In this document: piece after piece, positions 9,285-17,204 of the stretch
Layout of the letters: each line of letters starts with the position of its first letter
Numbering within the stretch: position 1 is the stretch's first letter
Virus record (IMG/VR): IMGVR_UViG_3300022837_000052
Span: 1 to 30,820 of that record
Source of the DNA: a virus
Taxonomy: Duplodnaviria; Caudoviricetes
Length of the DNA stretch: 30,820 nucleotides
Strand: one strand, 5' to 3'
The notes under the pieces: model-generated
Database searches by the model: none
What the model was told of the DNA's origin: nothing
What the model saw: the letters and a program-made list of their open reading frames with translations, nothing else
Made by a program: the position numbers and the translations under genes

Positions 9285-9904
9285 TGGCTATAAGAACTAA
9301 TAAAAGATTAACCAGAACTATTCCTCCTTTAAGAGGACCTAATTCTCAAGTACCTCCTGTTAAGTTTTCAAAAGGAATGACTAAAGGTGGGTTAAGAGTT
9401 AGAAAATTTAGAGGTGGTGGTGCTGACATGGGTGATCCAGGAAGAGCTCAAGAAAGAGCTGATCGTGGTTATGGAGATACAAGTGGTGTAGACAGAAGTG
9501 CTGTTTCGGGGACTTCTACTTATGGCAGAAATGTAATGAATCAAAACATTGCTGACGTAAATAAAGGTTCAGGTTTTGGAGGTGCTATAGGTAATGCAGC
9601 TAATTTTGTTGTTGGAAGAGTTTTAGATGTACCAGGTATAGCTATTGGAGCTGTTAAAGGTATAGCAGACAAATTTTCAGGAATTACTAGAAGCAAAACA
9701 CAAACTGCTAACCAAATAGCAGATTCTTATTCAAAAAATAATTTAAATAATAGTATGAATGACGGTCAAGGAGACAATACTGTTTTATGTGCTGACGGAA
9801 CACAACCACCTTGTAAAAGTGCTGGAATGGTTAACGGTGGTGAAATAAGAGTAAGAGGTAGTAGATCTGCTATTAGAGGCACAGGTTTTAAAGGAGTCTT
9901 TTAA
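9284..9904 (+). CDS. Gly-rich basic protein ending MVNGG...AIRGTGFKGVF
   Basis: TAATG coupling on both sides; C-terminus shared with ORF 3190. Confidence 0.8.
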   Translation: MAIRTNKRLTRTIPPLRGPNSQVPPVKFSKGMTKGGLRVRKFRGGGADMGDPGRAQERADRGYGDTSGVDRSAVSGTSTYGRNVMNQNIADVNKGSGFGGAIGNAANFVVGRVLDVPGIAIGAVKGIADKFSGITRSKTQTANQIADSYSKNNLNNSMNDGQGDNTVLCADGTQPPCKSAGMVNGGEIRVRGSRSAIRGTGFKGVF

Positions 9905-10281
9905 TGTGGTTCTCAGCAATTAAACTAGCTGTCCAAGCGGGAAGTCATATCTACAAAAATAAGCAAAAAACTAAGATGCTTATGGCAGATGCACAGATGA
10001 ATCATGCTCAAAAAATGGCAGATGGTCAAGCAGAGTATCAAGGTAAGTTATTAGAAAGTAGAGATTCAGATTGGAAAGACGAATTTATTTTGCTTTTATT
10101 GGCACTCCCAATCGTAATGTTAGGATTTGCAGTATGGTCAGATGATCCAACTCATATGGAAAAAATGCAATTATTCTTTGAGTATTTTTCACAGCTTCCA
10201 TTTTGGTATCAAACAATTTTCGTGGGTGTCATAGCAAGTGTCTATGGACTTAAAGCAACAGATCTGATAAAGAGAAAATAA
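9904..10281 (+). CDS. Membrane protein, putative holin-like (WKDEF family)
   Basis: Two hydrophobic helices after DWKDEF and a basic C-terminus. Confidence 0.55.
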   Translation: MWFSAIKLAVQAGSHIYKNKQKTKMLMADAQMNHAQKMADGQAEYQGKLLESRDSDWKDEFILLLLALPIVMLGFAVWSDDPTHMEKMQLFFEYFSQLPFWYQTIFVGVIASVYGLKATDLIKRK

Positions 10282-10327
10282 TGTGGAAATAAATTTACAA
10301 ACCTTATAATTAATATATAACTATTTT

Positions 10328-10885
10328 ATGATTAAAGGAGATAGTACAGAGTATGAATTACTTACTAAATGGACTAAAGAATTTGATTGCCAAGGTTTTA
10401 AATCATGTGAGATCGGAATTCGTGAAGGACTTGGGTCTAAGATTATTATTGATAATGTCATTAATAATTATATCCATGTGGGTGTTGATCCTTACGGTAA
10501 TTTAAAATACCAACATTACGATGAATCTTCAGAATATACATGTGACTACACAGATCAGATGAGAGATACAATGTTGAATGATTTTTATGCCTATAGAAAT
10601 GAGGGTAAATTTACTTTAGCTAATATGACTGATGTTGATTTTATGACTATATCAGAACATATAAATTCTAAATTTTCATTAGTGCATTTTGATGGGCCAC
10701 ACATGACAAAAGATGTAATTGCTGAAGCTGTTTGGTTTGCACAAAGATCAGCCCCAGTTACAAGATTTATATTTGATGATTATCCAAAATATAATCTCAC
10801 TTTAATTCAAGATATTCTTAAATGTTGGGGATTTAAAACAATTGAACAAGGAACAAACAAAGTATTATTAGAAAAAAACAATTAA
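10328..10885 (+). CDS. Class I SAM-dependent methyltransferase (Methyltransf_24-like)
   Basis: Motif I EIGIREGLGS, GVDPY, LVHFDGPH, FIFDDY. Confidence 0.8.
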   Translation: MIKGDSTEYELLTKWTKEFDCQGFKSCEIGIREGLGSKIIIDNVINNYIHVGVDPYGNLKYQHYDESSEYTCDYTDQMRDTMLNDFYAYRNEGKFTLANMTDVDFMTISEHINSKFSLVHFDGPHMTKDVIAEAVWFAQRSAPVTRFIFDDYPKYNLTLIQDILKCWGFKTIEQGTNKVLLEKNN

Positions 10886-11100
10886 TGGATTCAGAATTTT
10901 CAGTAGAAAGATTAATTAATAAAAGATTAGAGGGTTTAAAAGATACCTTAGTGTACTCCGTTGACAAAATGGAACAATTACATTATATTAGAGGTCAAAT
11001 CAAAGGCCTAGAGTCTTTGCTTCAGGATCTTAAAGACCTGCAGAAAAAACAGGAGCAATTAAATGAAAAAGAACTTAGAGACTTCAAAGGAAGTACCTAA
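10885..11100 (+). CDS. Small helical hypothetical protein preceding GroES
   Basis: Coupled ORF with YIRGQIKGL and heptad Leu pattern. Confidence 0.7.
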   Translation: MDSEFSVERLINKRLEGLKDTLVYSVDKMEQLHYIRGQIKGLESLLQDLKDLQKKQEQLNEKELRDFKGST

Positions 11101-11536
11101 AAATACAGAAGCATTACTCAATGCTTATAAATCAAAAGACGAAATAAAAACAAAAGATACAATCCTAGATGTTAACGAAGTTGAAAAGAACGTAGATCTT
11201 TTAGAAAAACTTCCAACACCTACAGGATATAGACTTTTAGTTTTACCTTACGCTGGTCCTCAAAAAACCAAAGGAGGTATATATCTTTCAGACAAAACTC
11301 AAGAGACAATACAAATGACTACCGTATGTGCATATGTATTGAAGGTGGGGGATCTAGCCTACAAAGACAAAGAAAAATTTCCAAATGGAGCATGGTGTTC
11401 TAAAGGAGATTGGGTAATTTTTGGTCGATACGCAGGATCTAGATTTAAAATAGAAGGCGGAGAAGTTCGTATTCTAAACGATGATGAGATTATAGGAAAG
11501 ATTAATAATCCGGAGGATATCTTGCACGCATACTAA
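11063..11536 (+). CDS. groES: Co-chaperonin GroES (Cpn10) with N-terminal extension
   Basis: PTGYRLLV, KTKGGIYL mobile loop, VLKVG, GDWVIFGRYAG, RILNDDEI. Confidence 0.92.
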   Translation: MKKNLETSKEVPKNTEALLNAYKSKDEIKTKDTILDVNEVEKNVDLLEKLPTPTGYRLLVLPYAGPQKTKGGIYLSDKTQETIQMTTVCAYVLKVGDLAYKDKEKFPNGAWCSKGDWVIFGRYAGSRFKIEGGEVRILNDDEIIGKINNPEDILHAY

Positions 11537-11563
11537 TACATACGCAATTAACAGGAGCTACAA

Positions 11564-12550
11564 ATGGAACAAAACGAAGAAATAAAAAAGTCGCCAGAAG
11601 TTGAATTAGATACTGATGGTGTTCAAGACCAATCAATAAATGTCGAAGAACTGGCGGAACCAGTTGAAACAGAACTACCAAAACAAGAAGTTGATTTAGG
11701 TTATACAGAACCTAAACCTGCTGGAATTGAAGGTATTGAAGTTGAATCAAAACCAGAGAAAACTAAAGTCGCTGTCGATGATCTTACTGACGTTTCAGAA
11801 AAAGTAAAAAGAAGAATTGACAAATTAACTTTTAAAATCAGAGAAGCTGAACGAAGAGAAAAAGCCGCTTTGGATTACGCAAAAAGTGTTCAAGGAAAGT
11901 TAGACGATACTAACACTAGGTTTTCTAAAACAAGTAAAAGTTATATTGAACAATACTCAGCTAGAGTAGTCGCAGAACAAGAAAAAGCAAGATCAGCATT
12001 AAAAGATGCAATTGCTGAACAAGATTCAGATAAAATAGCAGATGCTAATTCTACAATGGCAAGATTAGCAGTTGAAGCAGAAAAAGCTAAAATGTCAGCT
12101 GCAGAAGAAGAAGCTAAAGAAGAAAAAGCTACTAAAGTCGCTACTGAAAAAAGAGAAAACCCAGTAATGCAAGAACCTCAAAACCCTACTTACGCACCAC
12201 CATCTGGTAGAGCTAAAGGTTGGGCAGAGAAAAATGAATGGTTCGGAACAGATAGAATCATGACTAGTGCAGCCTTTCAGACTCACCAAGATCTTGTAGA
12301 GCAGGGGTTTGACGCAGAGAGCGATGAGTATTATAATGAAATTGATAAAGTTATGAAGGATAATTTTCCTCATAAATTTAGTCAACCACAGGAGCAAAAG
12401 AAACCCGTCCAGACTGTTGCTTCTGCACAAAGAAACCAAACCGGACGCCGAACAGTGAAACTCACCAAGTCACAAATAGTTATCGCTAAAAAACTAGGGG
12501 TGCCACTAGAGGAATACGCAAAATACGTGAAGGAGAATGCAAATGGATAA
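11564..12550 (+). CDS. Capsid scaffolding protein
   Basis: Acidic N-terminus, long coiled coil, W..KN.WF motif, C-terminal LTKSQIVIAKKLGVPLEEYAK; position upstream of the capsid genes. Confidence 0.75.
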   Translation: MEQNEEIKKSPEVELDTDGVQDQSINVEELAEPVETELPKQEVDLGYTEPKPAGIEGIEVESKPEKTKVAVDDLTDVSEKVKRRIDKLTFKIREAERREKAALDYAKSVQGKLDDTNTRFSKTSKSYIEQYSARVVAEQEKARSALKDAIAEQDSDKIADANSTMARLAVEAEKAKMSAAEEEAKEEKATKVATEKRENPVMQEPQNPTYAPPSGRAKGWAEKNEWFGTDRIMTSAAFQTHQDLVEQGFDAESDEYYNEIDKVMKDNFPHKFSQPQEQKKPVQTVASAQRNQTGRRTVKLTKSQIVIAKKLGVPLEEYAKYVKENANG

Positions 12551-13013
12551 TATAAAAAGAACCTCACGCGAGTCAGAGACTAGGAAAGAAAATACACAAC
12601 CTAAATCTTGGGCTCCACCATCGAGTTTAGATGCGCCACCTGCACCACAGGGATATGCACATCGTTGGATAAGAACGAGTGTTACTGGGTTTGAGGATAC
12701 AGCTAATGTAACCAAAAAACTTAGAGAAGGTTGGGATTTCGTAAGAGCCGATGAACTAGAAAGTTCTGGGCAAGCTCACAAATTTCCAATTTTACATCAG
12801 GGGCAGTATAAAGGATGCATCGGAATTGGTGGCCTTGTTTTGGCAAGGATACCTGAAGAGATATTAAAATCGCGTGCCGAGTACTTCACAAGAATTACTC
12901 AAGACCAAATCACTGCGGTAGATAATGATCTAATGAAGGAACAAAGACCCGAAATGCCAATCAATATTGATAGGCAGAGTAGAGTAACCTTTGGCGGTAG
13001 ACGTAAAAGCTAA
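12537..13013 (+). CDS. Head-module hypothetical protein
   Basis: WAPPSSLDAP..GYAHRWIR..REGW..GGLVLARIP; lies between scaffold and capsid genes; start may be 12543. Confidence 0.75.
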   Translation: MQMDNIKRTSRESETRKENTQPKSWAPPSSLDAPPAPQGYAHRWIRTSVTGFEDTANVTKKLREGWDFVRADELESSGQAHKFPILHQGQYKGCIGIGGLVLARIPEEILKSRAEYFTRITQDQITAVDNDLMKEQRPEMPINIDRQSRVTFGGRRKS

Positions 13014-13093
13014 AATTAGTTTTTTAGTAATAACTATATACCACAATCGGGGACTCTTAATTGTAACATAAATGTTTAAATAGGAGAAAACAT

Positions 13094-13681
13094 ATGAGTA
13101 ACGTAGTAGAAAAGTTCGGTCTTAGACCTTACAGAAAACTAGACGGAACACCATTAGTTGGAGCCCAAAACAGATATACAGTTAAGCCCGGATATGCTAC
13201 AGCAATTTATCAAGGAGATTTGGTTATACCAACTTCTACTGGTAATATTGAAAAGTACGATCCATCGGGTGGAGCTTCAAATGTTGTTGTGGGTGTCTTT
13301 AATGGTTGTTTCTATAACGACCCAACAACGCAAAAGCCAACGTATAAGAACTATTACCCTGGTGGAGTTACACCTACTGAAGGTAATTTAACTGCATACA
13401 TCGTAGATGATCCAGACGCAGTATTCTTAGCGGATGCTGATGCTGTTTTTGCAAGAGCAAACCTTTTTAGTAATTACGGTATAACTAATACTACTGGAGT
13501 TACACAAACAGGTATTTCGAAAGCACAACTTGACGTTTCTGTTGTAGGAACTGCAAATACTTTTGTTGTACAAGCAATAGATATTTGTCAAGATCCAGAC
13601 AACAGTGACACAAGTGAAGCTAATGCGAATATTCTTGTTAGAATCAACAATCACTTCTTTAGAAGTGGAACAGGAGTATAG
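13094..13681 (+). CDS. Minor capsid/cement (decoration) protein
   Basis: AGGAG RBS; FGLRP..IYQGD..GVFNG..VDDP motifs; immediately upstream of the MCP. Confidence 0.65.
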   Translation: MSNVVEKFGLRPYRKLDGTPLVGAQNRYTVKPGYATAIYQGDLVIPTSTGNIEKYDPSGGASNVVVGVFNGCFYNDPTTQKPTYKNYYPGGVTPTEGNLTAYIVDDPDAVFLADADAVFARANLFSNYGITNTTGVTQTGISKAQLDVSVVGTANTFVVQAIDICQDPDNSDTSEANANILVRINNHFFRSGTGV

Positions 13682-13684
13682 ATC

Positions 13685-14602
13685 ATGGCAATATCACGAG
13701 CACAACTAGTTAAAGAACTAGAACCAGGTTTGAATGCATTATTCGGACTTGAATACAATAGATATGAAAATCAACATGCGGAGATTTTCCCATCTGAAAC
13801 ATCTGACAGAGCTTTCGAAGAAGAAGTAATGTTAAGCGGTTTCGCTTCAGCACCAGTTAAACAAGAAGGTGCAGGAGTAGTGTTTGATCAAGCGGGTGAA
13901 ACTTTCACTGCTAGATACTCTCACGAGACTATCGCTTTAGCATTCTCTATTACTGAGGAAGCAATCGAAGATAACCTGTACGATAGACTTGCAGCTAGAT
14001 ATACTAGAGCACTTGCAAGATCTATGTCTAACACTAAGCAAGTAAAAGCTGCTTCTGTGTTAAACAACGCACAGCAAGCTGCTGGTTTCAACGGAGGAGA
14101 TGGTGTTTCATTAATAAACAACGCTCACCCACTTGCAACTGGTGGTACGTTCTCGAACGTATTAGCTGTAGCTGCTGACTTAAACGAAACTTCACTTGAG
14201 CAATCTTTGATTGACATTGCAGGTTTTGTTGACGAAAGAGGTTTAAAAATTGCTCTTTCAGGTAGAAAAATGATAATTCCAAAAGAATTACAATTTACTG
14301 CTGAGAGATTAATGAAATCACCTCAAAGAGTCGGTACTGCTGATAATGATATCAACGCAATCGTTAACATGGGAATGATTCCTGAAGGTTACAGAGTGAA
14401 TAACTTCTTAGCTGACACGGACGCATTTTTCATTATGACTGATACTCCAAACGGTTTTAAACACTTCATTAGAAGTCCAATTAAAACTGCTATGGAAGGC
14501 GACTTTGATACTGGTAATGTTAGATTTAAAGCGAGAGAAAGATATTCTTTCGGTTGGTCTGACCCAAGAGCAGTATTTGGTAACGGAAACTTACCAACTT
14601 AA
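13685..14602 (+). CDS. Major capsid protein (Mu gpT-like, HK97 fold)
   Basis: MAISRAQL.KELEPGLNALFG, ITEEAIEDNLY, DFDTGNVRFKARERYSFGWSDPR; followed by a terminator. Confidence 0.92.
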   Translation: MAISRAQLVKELEPGLNALFGLEYNRYENQHAEIFPSETSDRAFEEEVMLSGFASAPVKQEGAGVVFDQAGETFTARYSHETIALAFSITEEAIEDNLYDRLAARYTRALARSMSNTKQVKAASVLNNAQQAAGFNGGDGVSLINNAHPLATGGTFSNVLAVAADLNETSLEQSLIDIAGFVDERGLKIALSGRKMIIPKELQFTAERLMKSPQRVGTADNDINAIVNMGMIPEGYRVNNFLADTDAFFIMTDTPNGFKHFIRSPIKTAMEGDFDTGNVRFKARERYSFGWSDPRAVFGNGNLPT

Positions 14603-14630
14603 TAGCTTAAATACTTAAAAGTATTATTTA

Positions 14631-14662
14631 AAAGGGGCGGAGTTTACTCTGCCTCTTTTTTT
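14631..14662 (+). terminator. Rho-independent terminator after the MCP
   Basis: GGGGCGGAGT/ACTCTGCCTC stem (two G-U pairs) followed by T7. Confidence 0.8.
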
Positions 14663-14671
14663 ATGTATAAT
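14643..14671 (+). promoter_or_regulatory. Sigma70-like promoter TTTACT-N17-TATAAT overlapping the terminator
   Basis: -35 at 14643-14648, perfect -10 at 14666-14671. Confidence 0.6.
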
Positions 14672-14689
14672 ATAAACACTAGATAATAT

Positions 14690-14751
14690 AATTTTGTAGA
14701 CTGACTAGTCAGACGGTATAGAGACTACAAAATTTAACCGCTATACAGGAG
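14690..14751 (+). ncRNA. Structured RNA element, candidate Mu-gpT-DE motif
   Basis: P1 14690-14699/14725-14734; inner hairpin CTGAC-TA-GTCAG 14701-14712; pseudoknot GTATAG 14716-14721 with CTATAC 14741-14746 abutting AGGAG; lies downstream of a gpT-like MCP. Confidence 0.6.
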
Positions 14752-14760
14752 AAAACTATT

Positions 14761-15279
14761 ATGGCAAACACTACCTTTTCAGGACCGGTCATTTCTAAAA
14801 ATGGCTTTATAGGTACTGGACCAGGATCAACTGTAGCATTAACAGGTAACACATCGTTAACTGTAAACGCTCATGCAGGAAGAATCCTTTTAACTCAAGA
14901 TGCTGATGGTATTTTTACTTTACCATCAATCAATGCAAATGCTAATGCAGCAACTGCAGGTGAGACAGACTACAACAATCAAAATAACATTGGTGCAACT
15001 TTTACTTTTTATGTAGACTTAACTGCAACTGATATTCAAATCGTAACTGACGGAACTGACAAGTTCACAGGGGCTGCTATGATCGCAGTGGATGATGGAG
15101 CTAAAAAAGCTTTCTTCCCTGCTGCATCTAATGATGTTCTTTCTATGAATGGAACAACAACTGGTGGAATTGTAGGTTCAGTAATTACAGTTACTGCTTT
15201 AGAAACTGCTCAATACTTGGTACACAATACTTTGATTTTAGGATCAGGAACTATTGTTACACCATTTAGCGACACGTAA
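14761..15279 (+). CDS. Virion structural protein (head fibre/decoration-like, MANTTFSGPV N-terminus)
   Basis: AGGAG RBS; Thr/Gly/Ala-rich beta composition; FTLP motif. Confidence 0.65.
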   Translation: MANTTFSGPVISKNGFIGTGPGSTVALTGNTSLTVNAHAGRILLTQDADGIFTLPSINANANAATAGETDYNNQNNIGATFTFYVDLTATDIQIVTDGTDKFTGAAMIAVDDGAKKAFFPAASNDVLSMNGTTTGGIVGSVITVTALETAQYLVHNTLILGSGTIVTPFSDT

Positions 15280-15287
15280 TAATAAAC

Positions 15288-15311
15288 TAGTGGCTCCTTC
15301 GGGAGCCACTA
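15288..15311 (+). other. cUUCGg tetraloop hairpin with a 10-bp stem, directly before an RBS
   Basis: TAGTGGCTCC-TTCG-GGAGCCACTA; no U-tract. Confidence 0.75.
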
Positions 15312-15324
15312 ATTAGGAGAATTT

Positions 15325-15651
15325 ATGTTTAAAGGCGATATACAAGCCACAAGATCGACAGCAGGAAACACAGGAACTGCCGTAATTGCACAACCTGTAA
15401 GACTTAAAGGAATTATTGTTGCCTCAGATAGTGTTGGAGCAGGTTTGTTAGAATTAACAACTACTTCAAACTCAGGGGATACTTTATTTATTGCAGATGT
15501 AACTAGTGGAGATATAGTTAATTTTTCTTTTCCAGACGATGGTATTTTATTTCCAAAAGGAATTTTTTGTAAAACAAAAACAAATGTTACAGCTTACACA
15601 TTATTAACAGATAAATATTCTGGTCCTAATTTAACAGGGAGTAATGGATAA
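15325..15651 (+). CDS. Small beta-rich virion protein (paralog of the next gene)
   Basis: RLKGI...FPDDGILFPKGI. Confidence 0.7.
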   Translation: MFKGDIQATRSTAGNTGTAVIAQPVRLKGIIVASDSVGAGLLELTTTSNSGDTLFIADVTSGDIVNFSFPDDGILFPKGIFCKTKTNVTAYTLLTDKYSGPNLTGSNG

Positions 15652-15938
15652 TGGGTGGTTCAAGTTTTTCATCAGATCAAGGTAATGCTCATGCAACTGC
15701 TACAGCACAATTGGTTGCAACAGGTGGTAGAGCTAGACTAACTTCTATTCAAGGAGAAGGTATTGCATCAGCACTATTAGTTTTTAGAAGTGGTGGAGGT
15801 ACTGGAGATGTAATAGCTACTTATGGATTTGGTGTAGAAGGTTTAGCTGTTTATGTTCCAGGAAATGGTATTGTTTTTGAAGATGGTATCCACGTTACAG
15901 TAACTAACTGTCCAAACGTTTCTATTACTTTTACGTAA
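15651..15938 (+). CDS. Small beta-rich virion protein (paralog of the previous gene)
   Basis: RLTSI...VPGNGIVFEDGI; TAATG coupling. Confidence 0.7.
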   Translation: MGGSSFSSDQGNAHATATAQLVATGGRARLTSIQGEGIASALLVFRSGGGTGDVIATYGFGVEGLAVYVPGNGIVFEDGIHVTVTNCPNVSITFT

Positions 15939-15939
15939 A

Positions 15940-16266
15940 ATGGATTTAGAATATTACTCAGATATTCTGGAATTAAAAAGAGGTGGTTCAATTAGAAAAA
16001 CTACCAAAGGACCTGGAGCCAATTATAGATCTACAAAATCTGGTGCAGGAATGACTTCCAAAGGTGTTAAAGCATATAGAAAAGCTAATCCGGGAAGTAA
16101 ATTAAAAACTGCAGTAACAGGTAAAGTTAAAGCAGGATCTAAAGCTGCAAATAGACGTAAGTCATATTGTGCAAGATCACTAGGTCAACTTAAAAGATCT
16201 TCAGCTAAAACAAGAAACGATCCTAACTCTAGAATAAGACAAGCTAGAAGAAGATGGAAGTGTTAA
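15940..16266 (+). CDS. Highly basic protein of the RRKS[YF]CAR...RRRWKC phage family (DUF6321-like), possibly DNA-binding
   Basis: GMTSKGVKAYRKANPGSKLKTAV, RRKSYCAR, NSRIRQARRRWKC; family name is from memory. Confidence 0.7.
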   Translation: MDLEYYSDILELKRGGSIRKTTKGPGANYRSTKSGAGMTSKGVKAYRKANPGSKLKTAVTGKVKAGSKAANRRKSYCARSLGQLKRSSAKTRNDPNSRIRQARRRWKC

Positions 16267-16433
16267 TGAGAGATAATAGAGTAATAGAAAGTTTTTTAAA
16301 AAAAACTCAAAGAAAACTAAAAGAAATGAGTCTTTTTAAGTCTTTAAAAAAAGAAGTAGAAACAGGTGCTAACGGCACTCAAGATTACATCATTAAAAAA
16401 GGCATAAATAAAGACACAATAGCCAAAAAATGA
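16266..16433 (+). CDS. 55-aa hypothetical protein (not in ORF track)
   Basis: MRDNRVIESFLKK...EVETGANGTQDYIIKKGINKDTIAKK; TAATG and ATGA overlaps with both neighbours. Confidence 0.75.
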   Translation: MRDNRVIESFLKKTQRKLKEMSLFKSLKKEVETGANGTQDYIIKKGINKDTIAKK

Positions 16434-16639
16434 TTTCTAAAATATATTGGTGGCTTGTAGATATATCTATGTATCTTGTGTTATTATTGTTTTTTTTATT
16501 AGTTTTGTTAGGCATATATTTTAAAACCATGATAGATAAATTTTGTTATAAATTCTTTGGAACACTGGACAATATCTGCGAATGGATAGCTAATAAAATA
16601 GCGGGCAAAAGATGTAAATGTAAAAAAGGAGAAAAATAA
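16430..16639 (+). CDS. Small membrane protein, lysis region
   Basis: N-terminal hydrophobic helix, basic Cys-containing tail; a shorter start at MIDKFCY is possible. Confidence 0.55.
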   Translation: MISKIYWWLVDISMYLVLLLFFLLVLLGIYFKTMIDKFCYKFFGTLDNICEWIANKIAGKRCKCKKGEK

Positions 16640-16839
16640 TGATTAGAAATTTTAAAGATATAGTGATTTTATTAATAACAAGTGGTGTATTATTACTCCT
16701 TGGAGTTATTATTATAGGTGACTATGTGGTAGCACTAGAAGAAAATAGACCAGTAGATGAAAGCGTAATTACATTAATGAAGATGTCGGTTACAGGACTA
16801 ATTGGTGTCATTGGTGGTTACATTGGTGGGAGTAAATAA
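16639..16839 (+). CDS. Two-TM small membrane protein, holin candidate
   Basis: AAGGAG RBS; two hydrophobic helices; GxxxGxxG pattern at the C-terminus. Confidence 0.65.
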   Translation: MIRNFKDIVILLITSGVLLLLGVIIIGDYVVALEENRPVDESVITLMKMSVTGLIGVIGGYIGGSK

Positions 16840-16840
16840 T

Positions 16841-16915
16841 ATGATTAGATATATATTAATGACAATCAACCACTATGCTACAGCCTTAACAAGTTGGTCA
16901 TGGCAAAAGTTATAA
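16841..16915 (+). CDS. 24-aa micropeptide MIRYILMTINHYATALTSWSWQKL
   Basis: GGGAG upstream; starts right after the previous stop. Confidence 0.45.
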   Translation: MIRYILMTINHYATALTSWSWQKL

Positions 16916-16947
16916 AGTAGATTCTAATTAATATGGAGTGTGCTAGT

Positions 16948-17019
16948 GTGAACTATTATTTTACAGGAGCTTTAATTATTGGATTTATTATACTAACAAT
17001 ATTAGTGGCACCCTTATGA
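16948..17019 (+). CDS. 23-aa single-TM micropeptide (GTG start; in-frame ATG at 16933)
   Basis: NYYFTGALIIGFIILTILVAPL; GGAG upstream; ATGA overlap with the next gene. Confidence 0.5.
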   Translation: MNYYFTGALIIGFIILTILVAPL

Positions 17020-17204
17020 CTAGAAAAACTAACACAGCAATGATAGCATTACTTGGTACAATCCTTATGGGATTAGCTACTTGGACACTCGTCACACTTA
17101 TAGAACTTCAGTTAATCGTAACCATGATCCAATCTGACTTGATGTCTATTGATAAACAATTTGGAAGAGTGTACAATTTCATAGATTCTGTTAGAGGTAA
17201 ATAA
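17016..17204 (+). CDS. Small protein with an N-terminal TM helix and short coiled coil
   Basis: Hydrophobic residues ~8-36; coupled to neighbours. Confidence 0.65.
   Translation: MTRKTNTAMIALLGTILMGLATWTLVTLIELQLIVTMIQSDLMSIDKQFGRVYNFIDSVRGK

Noticed and set aside
1953-14282. Minus-strand and alternate-frame ORFs inside terL, the 752-aa gene, portal, scaffold, minor capsid and MCP
   Set aside because: Shadows of strongly supported + strand genes; no motifs or RBS
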